Positions 50,357 through 62,300 of a stretch of DNA of 64,000 nt are shown one piece after another. Source of the DNA: Lepidodermella squamata (lineage: Eukaryota; Animalia; Gastrotricha); NCBI GenBank assembly GCA_047495785.1, contig JBLDXI010000032.1, positions 2,418,001 to 2,482,000 of the forward strand. The letters run 5' to 3'. The notes under the pieces were generated by a model. It had not been told where the DNA came from. It did not search any database and saw only the letters and a list, made by a program, of their open reading frames with translations. The position numbers were made by a program, and so were the translations under genes. The first letter of the stretch is position 1. The number at the start of each line of letters is the position of its first letter.

Positions 50357-51504
50357 CATTATTTATTATTCTTATTCCTTATTCCTTCTTTTCATTAATG
50401 ACTTGCCATCCTGTGTGAAATCTTGCATTATTCGATTATTTGCTGACGATGTTAAGATTTACCCCAAATTGGGTACAAATCCAGCTGATATACATCAGGA
50501 TATTAACTCTATCTATTCTTTTTTCACTTCCCACCAACTATCAGTTAATCTTAAAAAATGTTTCATTCTTCGTCTTGGATCCAAGAACTTACTCCATAAC
50601 CATCTACTCGGTTCTCACATTATCAACTCGGTGACAGAAACTAGCGATCTTGGCGTCATCATAGATAGCAGGTTGACCTTCTCGTCTCACTGCAACCAAC
50701 TATACGCTAAAAGCCGTCGCCTTTGTGGTTTGATCCTGAACTCTTTTTCCACCAGAAATCACTCAGTTCTAATTCGTGCTTTCAATTCTTATGTCTTACC
50801 CAACCTACTATATGCCTCATGCGTCTGGCAGCCTTATTTAATCAAGCATCGTAATCTTTTAGAAAAGTGCTTAAAAAACTTCACATCTAGATTTATATCT
50901 CCCCCTATGACTCCCCTCGACTATATTCAGAGGCTGGCTAAGTTTGAATTGCTATCCTTAAACCAAAGATGGTTAGTTCGCGATCTTACGATGGCGTTCA
51001 AAATAATTAATAATATGTCTCATCCTCTAGAATTCGATACTTTCTTTCTCAAACCTAATCTCTCTACTACTCGACATCATTCTAATAACAAATTAACAAT
51101 TCCTCAACATTCACTTTGCCCTAGGGGCTTTAGCTTTGCTATTAGAACTGCCAAATTATGGAACCTTCTACCTGCCTCTATCACTAACATTACTTCGATA
51201 AATCTTTTTGTTAACTCGTGCAAAAAATTTATATTCGAAGAATGGCCTGTCCTTACAAATTTGGCCTTAGTTAAATAAAACTAATTATTATTTTAATCAC
51301 CTTATCTAATGTATGCGTGCCTTGCGCGCATCATCCTATATAAACATTCTTATATGCTGTGTACGGTCGCCTTACTTCTGCGCTCGATCCTCTTTTTGCC
51401 CATTTATAAATCCATTCCTAAATACTGTTATTCTTTTATAAAATTAAAAAAAAATGGTGCAATCAGAAGGAAAACAATAAAATGATGATGATGATGATGA
51501 TGAC
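50357..51504 (+). mobile_element. 5'-truncated LINE (CR1/L2-like RT C-terminal part) with (GAT)n tail and 9 bp TSD
   Basis: Open frame LFINDLP..LFADDVKIY..KC..DLGVIIDSRLTF..YASCVWQPY to stop at 51278; A-rich tract then (ATG/GAT)n at ~51481-51503; AATGTTCGA at both 50348-50356 and 51505-51513. Confidence 0.92.
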
Positions 51505-52418
51505 AATGTTCGAAAATCCGCAATAATCATGTCGATTGATATAGGGACCTGACTTTGCGCAGTTGGGGCTTTCCAGTCTAACGCCAAATACATGCTTACC
51601 CCGTAATCCTCAAATTATTGTGGCCCATTACCTCTAATTTTGATGCCCTTTTCATCAGTGGATGAAGGTTGAAGCCGAAAACGGTTCAAAAGAGATGTCA
51701 GAACGCAAAATCAAGGCACACAATGTTGTATCTTTCTCGCACAAATATCTAGCTAAAATCCACAATCTATATATACCTAGGTGGTCCGCTGCTATACGCA
51801 ATAGAGAATTGAAACGAAGATTAGCTAATATGATAAATCCTGCGTAATAATATATTATCTGTGGAAACACACAAACTCGATAATTGAGAATTGAGAAATA
51901 CTTTTCCTTGCAGCATTGAAAGGGTTTACGTCTAAATATTGCCCATGCTGTGCAATTTTTGTACACGAAAGCTCTACAAGGTGGTTTGGATGCACGTCAT
52001 CGGAAGCAGTTAAAGAGGCTGATCAGTTATGTTGACCCCATAAGCATTGAATGCCTCAAGTCGTAAACGAATTCGATCAACATTTTTACCTCAATGTTGC
52101 ACGAACAACGTGGGTGCCGTCCCTCTGAACTCTGAAGGAGTCTTCCAGGCTTTATTCCCATGGCGATTTCAGATGGAATCCGACAAAAACTATCTCCAGG
52201 CTATTCCCGATAGAAAATTCTCAAATTAGCCGCAGATGCAGACCATGGTTAATACTAATAATAGGAATAGTCAAATCATTATGAAAATGCAGACTTTATT
52301 ATGGCGACATTATGTTGACTTCTTCCGTACACTAAAGGACCAAGTGTCTAATTTCACCAAATAATTCAATTCTCTTTCGGTAATAGTTAGGTACCTACCT
52401 ACACTGTTATTATTGCAG

Positions 52419-52898
52419 CTGATGGACGCGATAACAGCGGGTACTAACTTGGAAAGTGCAGCGTCCTCCATTACAATTCAGCAGATGAAGCTTTTCGCTG
52501 ATCTAGAAGAAATGCTGAGTCTTCTAACAAATCTTTCTACCGATGAAAGAACTGTCGAAATGATAACAGCTCATTATGAGAAACTCATCAGCAATTTTTC
52601 GCAACAGATAGCCGAATCAGAGTCTAATCAGCGTAATCTGAACTCGCGCGTTGCTCAACTGCAGCATGGTAAGCAGTTTTGTGAATTACTATTTACTGTC
52701 AACATAATTCGTGAACAGAACTCGACGGACTGACTGCCACTAAGAAAAAACTGGATTCGCAAGTAGACACTATACGAAAAGGGGAAGCCGAGCGTACCAG
52801 GTAAACTATGAGCACTTTATCGCCATCTACAAATCATGATTCGTTGCAGATTGATCGCAAATTTTCGCTCCAGATTCGGTCCTAGCGAAAGAAAATGA
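52419..52898 (+). CDS. 3' exons of an unknown coiled-coil protein
   Basis: Three exons joined by short GT-AG introns stay in frame (..NSRVAQLQH|ELDGLTATKKKLDSQVDTIRKGEAERTR|LIANFRSRFGPSERK*). 5' end not resolved. Confidence 0.5.
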
Positions 52899-53336
52899 AA
52901 ATGCTGCCAACTAATTATTGATTTTTTCATGGAATTTTTTCCTATGTATTCGAACGATACAAATCGGAACGATAAAAATGACACGCGAACCCAGCAAAAT
53001 AAACGATTCAACAAATTGCATAGATTTACTAGCTATTTATTCCTTCCATCAGTAACACTGGGTGTTAATTACCGGCAATAAACCAGAGTGTTCCCAACAT
53101 TCAAAACAAAACAATTCAGTAGTCATAAATCTTGGTTTCGCACAACACTATCAGCTGAATGTGAAATTCAGAGAGCGCACAGAGCCAAAGCCAAAATAAC
53201 TGTGCAATAATAATAAGGTTTATAGCATTTCAAAGTGAAATTGAACGTCATTATGTTTTTAATGTCAGTTTCAGTCAAAGCCTACGCTATTGCTAATAAC
53301 GCGCGATTAAGTTGTTGTGTCAGCCGTAAGAAGCGA

Positions 53337-55737
53337 TCAAGCCTTGATGAAATGCCACTTGCTTACTATAAATTACAGACAAAAGTTTATAACAAAATAT
53401 AGCAAAAACGCTGTTACCTTCTTCGGGGATCGGTAAATGCTCAGCGGCAGGAGTCAGCTAATTATGCGGATGATTAAAAGATTAACCACTACGTATACCT
53501 AAGCTTCAGCTATACCTGAGAGCGCAGATCAGCGCAGTCTTCAGCGGAGACTTTCGCATTGCTGTCGGCAACAGTTGCATTTGCACTGTAGATGAAACAA
53601 AATGAAAGCTAACGCAGACAAATTCAAAATAAATTACATGGCGATGCCATTGCAGTTTGCGCTGCCTTGAATAAGGCTCTTCCAACATTCGTGGCATTTG
53701 TCGATGATGCTCAAGGCGAAATCCTGTTTGTAACAATGTATAGGTAGGTATGATTCATCGATCAAAAGTATAGCTAGTACCCTCGATTTTGGTTTGCCTT
53801 CGAATGCAAACTTGTTTTCAGGTTTGCCGTCTGGAATTTTGTAAAGGCGGAACCAGTCATATGAAGCCTGAAGAATCGATAATTGTCATTCAAATAAATC
53901 AATAAGCGAATCTTTTGTTACCTTCAACAAGCCAGGGAAATGAGTTTCAATGTCTTCCAGGTCTGAATATGTAACGTGTGATCAGCTTATTTAAAAGCCA
54001 AAAAGAATACAAACCATTCAGCTTATCGGCCAGTGGGTCAGTTACATCAATCGCCAACATTTTCCAGTCCGTTTCACCTTCATCGATAAGAGCAAAGGTG
54101 CCGAGAACTTTAACCTGGACAACGCTGCCCGTTTTGTGGACCTTGAAATAAATAGGTATTCAAAGATAATCGGGTCAAACATAAAAGATCACTACCTTTG
54201 ACCCAATCTCGCAAACATCGACGGGATCGTTATCGCCTTTTGCCCCAGTGTTTTCGTCTACGTGGCCGGGATCTTCCCATGTCTTCATATGAATTTCAGA
54301 TTAATTGCACGAAAAACTAACTTTCGTTTCAACTAACCTGAGGCAGAGCACCGTAATTCCAGATGTAGCCAATATAAGGGAAAACGTTGTGAACGAAACG
54401 CGGCTTGCCTTTTTTAACATCTTGTTTAATGGGGTTGAATTTTTCCTCCTTGCTTATCTACAAAAAATAGCACAATTTCGGTCATTAAATAGAAGTTAAA
54501 TTGGCAATAAACCTCGAATTTCGCGTTTGACCAACGGGAAACTTCAACGACCATGTTGAAAACTCGATCCTCTTTTGAAACATGGAGGGGAATATCGTGG
54601 AAGGGAGATACAGTCTGACCATTGCTTTCTATAAAAATTACAAGGAAGTATACGTTAGAAACAAGCAAAATTGTCTCGTACTGTTTTTATGCTACCGGTT
54701 AATGCTACCTGTTAAAAATTAGGTAAGATTTATGTCCGTCTAACCGGGATCTTATCCATATGCAATTCATATTCTAACTGAGCGTAAGTTTCAGCTCATA
54801 GTACGAGTCCTATTGCCATCGAGACCGATCTATTCGAATACACGTCGATTTAAGATTTAATATTTGTTGACAAGCATCGTATTGAAAGTCGGTTTTCGAG
54901 CTTGGATAATCACATTTTTGGCAGCGATATTTTCAATTTTTCTAATTTATAGTGTTAGGAAGGGAAAATCACCGGGATTTGGTGTTACTTCCGCGCCGCA
55001 AGATCCACACGTGTATTATCCGCACATAGGTCATCAGTGCAAGTATATTTCATCTCAAGAATTAGATACATGATTTTGAAATCTTCCCGAGGTCTGCGCG
55101 GAAAAACCTTGTGCGGAAATTTCCATGCGCGGAAGTACCAATGCACCATCACCAGATGTCCGGTCTGAAAAGGTTTTCTCGTAACAAATGGTGATGACGA
55201 AATTGACATAGCCCTACGAATTCGGTGAGGACAATGGGAATTTATTTCTTATTTAAAAATTTAAAAACAGCAAGGCAGAAAGGCAGAAACTTGACATAGG
55301 TATGCTCAGGAATCTATACCTATCATATCATGTTCATATCAATGTCAATGAGGATTTCACTAGGTTTAAGATAAATTGTCACACTGGCAACTGCAAGAAT
55401 CCTCAACCCTCTCAAAAATAGCATTTGGAGTGGGACATGGAGCATATAAACAAAGAAATTAAGAAGAACGACTAAAACAGACAAAAGTGAAAAGGAGCGG
55501 AAGCTAAATCGGAAGCGGAAATGAAACAAACTCACCGAAGTACACTTTGTAGTCCGTGCCATAGCGGGCACCCGTTTCGAAGTTGCCGTAGCTAGCGTGG
55601 CCGTTTTTCATTTTCAGGAGGTGATGCGCAGTGAAAAGATGGCGCTGGCTTGAGACACACGAGGATGCACACCTGGCAAACTTGGGTAAGAGGAAAGATG
55701 ACGTGCACACGAAACGCTTCAAGAAATATCCCTGCAT
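53337..55737 (-). CDS. PPA: Family I inorganic pyrophosphatase with mitochondrial-type presequence
   Basis: [29 protein letters not shown]|[41 protein letters not shown]; ends WHFIKA*. Confidence 0.95.
54988..55135. mobile_element. Small decayed MITE-like element in PPA intron 1
   Basis: TA|CTTCCGCGC ... GCGCGGAAG|TA, with further degenerate TCCGCAC subrepeats mirrored on both arms. Confidence 0.45.
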
Positions 55738-56765
55738 TTTTAGCTTTCAGCTGGAAACCACGTGATTGGCTGATCGAATAAATGTTATCAATTTCGTTAT
55801 GACATTTAAATTTCTGTATATCGTGCCAACTGTATTTTTGTAAAACTTAATATCTATTTCCGCGGTAATCACGAAAATCTTGGAGTTGAGAATCGAAAGT
55901 CAGGGCTTGCAAATCTAAGTAGTTGAAGTTCTTGGGCATCTTGCCTCGGTTGGTGAAATCGGCCCGCTTCCAGCAACCGCAACAATCGCAAATCGCAAGT
56001 GGAAGCTCAGGTGACAGGTAAAAACCTTTATCCGCTAAAGTCCTCGCACTTGGGTTCCTACAAAGGCGACTTTGCATAACCTATCACCTGCTGAAATGAG
56101 AGGTTCCTGAGTGAATCTTTACGTTTTATGTTGCAATTTTCAGTGACAGCCCCGTGAAAATAAGCATAACGCAGTACGCAGTAAGGTATAGGAAAGTTCT
56201 AATGTCTGATGTCTGAGATCCTCCTTTCTTAGGCCCATTGCCTATTGACAGGAGGAAGTAGTATAGGTTGGTTATTTGGTTAAAAGAGCAACAACTAGCC
56301 TCAAAGCTCAAAGTACCTGATTTTCTGCTATTCATTTGCCGTTTCGCGATCTTCCTTTGATTGTCATATAGTTTGTAGTTTCCAATCGAGGATCATTGAT
56401 TTTGGCATCGATCATGGAATAAAGGTGAAAATCTGGAAAGTTTGGAAGTTTTGTGGAGTTACATTCCTCCTTCCTCGAGGCTCAACATTCATGACTCATA
56501 GCCCCCAATGATTTGGATGTCGCTCTTTAACTCACTTCAGCACACTTTCACTATGAAGAAATTCGTCACGTAACCATAGAGTTTCGTTACTTATATCAAT
56601 TTTTGTTACATTGGAAGCTCATTTAACGCAAATATCTATGAACAAGCCACTTCATTCTTTCGTTACAGTCGATTTTCGTTATATTAGAGTTTGCACTATT
56701 GAAAGTGTCATGTATATCTATAATTTACCTATTGAATTGTTATATTTGTAGGTATTGTATTGAAA

Positions 56766-56981
56766 ATGTTGTCTCTGAGTGCTGCTCAGCTGCGTCAGCG
56801 CTGGATGTATCGTGCTAAATTCTTTGGCGGCTTCGCTGGAGCCTTTTTGTTGGGCTGGTACCTAGATCAGGAACAGGAGGAACGATTCGCTGCGTTTCGC
56901 AATCGCTCTCGTCTATACGGGGAACGCCATCTACCCGACGGTCGTCCAACTTGGGGGCAGGATGTTTGGCGATTGGGCTAA
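56766..56981 (+). CDS. NDUFB1: NADH dehydrogenase 1 beta subcomplex subunit 1 (MNLL)
   Basis: Single TM followed by GWYLDQEQEERFAAFRNRSRLYG...PTW, matching the NDUFB1 pattern GxYLDxxxxERxxxFRNKSxL...W. Confidence 0.85.
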   Translation: MLSLSAAQLRQRWMYRAKFFGGFAGAFLLGWYLDQEQEERFAAFRNRSRLYGERHLPDGRPTWGQDVWRLG

Positions 56982-57187
56982 TCTGGAAAGTTATGCGATT
57001 GTAAATTGACTATTTCATTGCCCAGCGTTCGACCAGAATATTATTTCTAATTCATTGTATTTCCCCATCAGCGATAGTCATTCATCACCTGTTGCTGCCG
57101 GCTTGTTTCGAATAAATAAAATTGAAACCGCGGATTTCTGAACATTTTTTTTATCTTTAGAGATTTTTGAGCATTGTAGTGGATTGC

Positions 57188-58785
57188 ATGACTTCGCATG
57201 TTATTTCGCTATCAGATCTCAACTATGAGGAGAAGTCGTCACCTGATCACGTAACTATTATTGCAGTCCCTGAACGGCGCGGTGTCGTAATCAAACACGT
57301 GGAATATGCGATAACCAGCAAGGTTAGAACGATGTTCATTGCTTTATGCTATATCGCTTTAATAAAATCAATTTCAGAAACATGGCGCACAAGTTCACCG
57401 GAGATACAAAGATTTTTTAGTATTCCGGGAGCTGCTTCTGCTGCGATTCTCCTACCGAGTGATTCCCAAATTGCCGCCGAAAAAGTTGAACAGTGAGCAT
57501 ATGAATGTTAAGAGTGCCATTGCATTATTTTTTTTTCTTCCATAGTTTCATCAGATTCCGAGCTCACGGAAGAGAGGCGCAAAAGCCTCCAGAGGTTTTT
57601 GAATTTTATCGTTCGGCACCCGGTCATGTCCTCGGATGTTTTGGTGAAGCATTTTCTTACCGTCCAAGAGAGAGTGAGGAATTAAAGTCGTTTGAAGATG
57701 CAGAGTAATGTTGTAAATATTTTAGGATATCTACCAAACGATGAAAGCTCAGTTTTCAGCTCTCCCTGATGAGTTTTTTGTTCATCCTGGATCTTTGAAA
57801 GCTCAGGTAAGCTGGCCTGCGTCTTTCCTTGAAAATTTTAAATACCTTTATCGTTTCCAGACTTTGATTCACGAAAGCACTGCCCAAGATTACAAGAAAC
57901 ATCGAGAAAATATTAATAACATATTGATAGCTGTTAGCAAACTGCATGATTTGCTCTCTGCTCGAATCAGTCGATTACAATCTGAGGCTGATGATTTAAA
58001 AGAATTCGAAAAATTGCTTCAAGAGCTGGCTGGCTCAACGGGTTCAACGCCTGCCAATTCTCCACAAACGGAAACCTCTCCATCAACACAAATCATGGGC
58101 GATTCGAAGTCTTTGATGGCGAGCCTTCCAAAGTGGCTTAACGATGGCGAGTTGGCAATGCTTGACAACACCCGCTTGAACGTTTCCAGAGTTAGCCCTC
58201 GTTTTACATCGCTTGCCACCTGTATGTCTCAGAAAATTGGATCTGAGGAATCGGATGTTTTGGATAGAGTCAGCCTACTCATTGACGTCATCAACGGCTA
58301 CCAAGAGCTATGCCAACGGCACGAAAAAGGCGTTACAAGTGAACACCACAGGGCGATCAGACAGTTGAATAATATTAAAAGATTAACTTCGCAAAGTGCT
58401 CCTGGTTTAGCCGAATCGCAGCAAAATCTTGAGGCCATCGAACGTACTGTTCACCAGGTTGGTTTTATTGAATTTTGAAAATAGCGATGGCAATTTCGAA
58501 TTTCTTTCATAGCAAGAAGCGGAGATCGCAACTATCGAACAGCGGAACGCTTTTGCCCTGTACTGCGTCCAAGAAGAAACTCGTTTAGTTTATTGTCATT
58601 TGGCGCTGCTGAGCGGAATTTTGGCGAATCTCGCCTCTGCGAACAACGAAAATTTGGGTGAGCTAGCGACTATATGGCGCGAAATTCGCATTTACGTGCT
58701 GCCGGACGTGCGCGATACTCGCCCAGCATCTTCGTCAGCATCGCCCGCTCGGCGGCCGTTGAATGGTCAAACACTGAGGAAATGA
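57188..58785 (+). CDS. SNX8: Sorting nexin 8 (PX-BAR)
   Basis: KHVEYAITSK|..VHRRYKDF..LLLRFSYRVIPKLPPKK; ERRKSLQRFLNFIVRHP; ELCQRHEKGV; RNAFALYCVQEETRLV. Confidence 0.9.
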
Positions 58786-59322
58786 ATAATAAACTTCTGC
58801 TCACAATTTAATGAATGCAATTGCACTGTTGTTATCGTTTATTTTTGACGATTCCCGATTTAGCTGCTGAATATTTGTGATTTTCTGTCCTCAGTTGAAC
58901 TTGGATTAGCGCGATGTAACGGAAATTCTCACCCACCTTAAAGCTGTGTCACCTCTTACTCTGAAATTACTTTCTTTATACTGCTATAATTGATATCGTA
59001 CCTTGTCTCATACCAGTGATCAACGGCTCCGGGATCAATCTAAGCTTCTCCAGTATTTTGTTTAATTTTATGAATATCTTATTGAATAATTGCGCGATTT
59101 GCCGATTGTGTTGTGATGATTTTCTGACAGAGGGAAACCTCAATCTTGAACTTGCAATTGAATTTGTAACACGTCCACTATTTCCTCACATTGATTTTGC
59201 CAGGTTGTGTTATAATCTGATGATTCTTGCTACGCTGAAGGAAATGAATTATTTATTTGCGAAAAACCAACATTCAATTAATAATAAAAGCTCGGATTTA
59301 TTGGGCAAGCAACAATGATTTG

Positions 59323-62300
59323 TTAAAGACTGGGTAAAACTCGAGTTGAAAGATCCAATGGCGGTGCCGTGTTTTCAACAACTTGATCTACTAACGATTT
59401 GAGCAGAGCTTCAATATCTTTATCAGCATCAGCAGAGGCCACATTTGCGGCAGAAATTGACATTCGCCGGCTAGCTCGCTCGGCTTTATCTGCTTTCGCC
59501 TTCTGCTGTTTCTCCTGTTGTATCAAATTCTGGCAAAATCGCTCGACTTCGCTGGCTGTCGGCGGGCTGAACTGATCTTCGCCCGTCTTGAATTCATTAC
59601 CGATTTGGGCAGAGCAGTAACAGCCGATCAAAAGATTAGTCGCGCGCTCGACTAGCGATGAGAAACCGCCTCGAACGATAGACTGTTGGAGACGGTAAAC
59701 CTCAAGCAGTTTTTCCTTCGGGCAAGGAATGTCGATAGGGATTGTCGAACTCAACAGAGCCAATGCATACTCCAAAGATTTGCTAGAGAAACACAAGGTT
59801 CGGTAAATTAAAAAAATGAAATCGGTAAATTTACCTTGTTAAGCTGGATTGATCGCTTTCTCGCAGATACTTGCGACCACCAGAAGCCTGTCTGGCGAGC
59901 TGAGCTTGGGCAGCCATTAGCAGCTTCAAAGCGTCCGGATTTGAGTTGTTCGAGAAGAGAAATTTTAGAAGTAGGCGAACGCACCTGGCCGAATACAAAT
60001 ATGAAATAATGAAAAAGACAAATATTTCAACTGTTACTTCTCGGTGTGAGCGAAAAACGTTCCTCTTCGGTCGAAATCAGGATGGGTCGAACGCCAAAAT
60101 CCAGTCAACATCGCACCAACGGAACCGCTTTGAATTTTACGAGGGTCGAACAAAGAAGCTCCGAATTTGAGACTGGAAAACGGATTTTTGTCATCTTCCT
60201 CTTCAGGAAACGGCCAACCCAACAGGACGTGGCCACACAGCGCCGAGTTACGCAGCAGGGGATGGTAGAAGAACGCATGGGCCATTCGATATCGGCTTTT
60301 GAAGTGCTCCGGGAAACGTGTCGAACAGAATGCCAAAGCTTGGATGCAAATATGGGCCAACTCTTGGGTTTTGTTTTGCCACACATTTTGAACTTCAGGC
60401 TTGGCGAAGTCAGTAAATGCCGGGAAAGCCGTAAATCGACCGGAATAGACCCGTGAGAGAAGCGAAATAAGCTTATCAACCTCTGAAATTTCACTCGAAT
60501 CAGCGTTTAAGGTGGATAAATATTTGAGGATGTCAGCGTGAATTCGGTAGAATAGCTCGAAGCATTCAACTGCAAGCCGAGGGGCGTTTTGCGATGTTAT
60601 AGTCCTGCCCGGGAAAACAGCATCATGCTCGAACAACAGCTCTAAAGCCTCGACAAATTTCTCCACGCTATAAGCTACACCGTGGCCCAATTTGCTACCA
60701 ATTTTGCCCAGCATGTACAAGCAAAACCAGCGATCTGATGGTGGATCAATGTCGGTACTAGCATTAGCTTGGGAGAACAGGTCCGACATGAATTTCAGCA
60801 AATCTTCAATGCCTGGATTTTCGGCCTCGACAAATTTAGCAACGACAGCGCTACATGTGAACTCAGAGGTAATTGAAGTCTTTCTTCTTTTTTCCTTGCA
60901 ATTCTCAACCCTGCGGAGAAGGGTGAAGATTTCAGTGACGAACGATCCAAATTCCATGAGAAGTTTCCCGTTCTCCAGTTCGAGATCGTGAGCCATCCGG
61001 AAACTTCGTACAACCGGTTGGATCAAATCAGGATCACATAATGCCGCGTCTAGATCACATTGATCCAACGTTTGACTGATGGAACTTTGCCAGGCCAACG
61101 CCATTCCAGCCCAAGCGTCGAAAAGCGTTGGCTGGAATCGAATCGCCATCTTGTAGTGATCCAACGCCAAATCGTAATCGGTATTTTTAACTACGTGATC
61201 AGCCTGAAGATAGCAAATCGTTGCGTAATGGTTTTGATCCACATCCGAGGTGTGATTAGCCTTCAAGCTAGCGACTTTCTCGCGGAATTTCCTTGCTTTC
61301 TCCATAGAATTATCGCTCAAATACTCGTCAAGATCGGCCTCGCATATAGCCGGTTTCGCGGGTGATAGCGTCAATAATTTTTTCAGAAAATTCCCAAATT
61401 CGGCCGAAATGCTGTCGCCCTTAAACGAGTCATAGGCTGGCAATTCAGCCGGTTTGTAGTACATGAACAACTTCACACCAGTTGACCACGTTAGGCCAGG
61501 CGTTGAAATTTGCTTGCAAGAAGGGTGTTCGAAGACTTGAGTAGCCTTGGCGCGAACACGGCGCAGGGTAACGCCAAGTTGGCATAACACGCATTGATCA
61601 ATCTGCTTTTCGACAAAGTTCCTCGCAGCTTTTGTCATGCCTTCCTCGGTCGCGGCTGGGCTTTGAATGAACTGGATAAGCCGGTCTCGGATCAGTTCCA
61701 AATAGTCGCAGTCATCAATGCGGCAAATCCCGCCGCCACTGCTGGCTAATAAATCATGGACTAAAAAGAGGAACCGGACACTCAATGGCAATTTCGCGAA
61801 ATCAGAGTCTTCATCAGAATCGAAACTGTCACTGGACGATTCATCAAAGTCGACTGCCTTTTTCGCGTCCGAATCGCCTGCCGAAGAAAAATCAAGTTTC
61901 AGCGAGCCAATCGATCGATTTCCGAATTCGCTCAAGTGTTCGTAGCATTTGCAGATCGAAATAATTAAACCATTAATTTTGAATGGTAATATTGAAGTTG
62001 CCTCCAAAGCATTGAAAACCGATTCGGAGAACGAGATTAGGAGTTTGGCGAAAGTACTGCGATGAGTAGCGACTATTTTGTCGAAAAATTCCGAGCACAA
62101 TGTCCACACACTGAAAACAAGGCGTTTAAACATTGGAATCTGCTTGCCATTTGTCAAGATTTTGTAAAGACAATTCAGAAGGGAAATGGCAAATTCCGAG
62201 CCATTTTCTTTCGAGCAGCGCATTAAAGCTTCAAGGTAGATGAGAGCGTAGTTGGCTAAATCAGAGGCAACGATAAGATCCAAGTTGGACGGCTCGAAAA

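Noticed and set aside
53300-53339. Stop-codon readthrough giving a peroxisomal PPA isoform
   Set aside because: The context is TGA-TCG rather than TGA-CTA, and the extension SLLTADTTT* has no PTS1.
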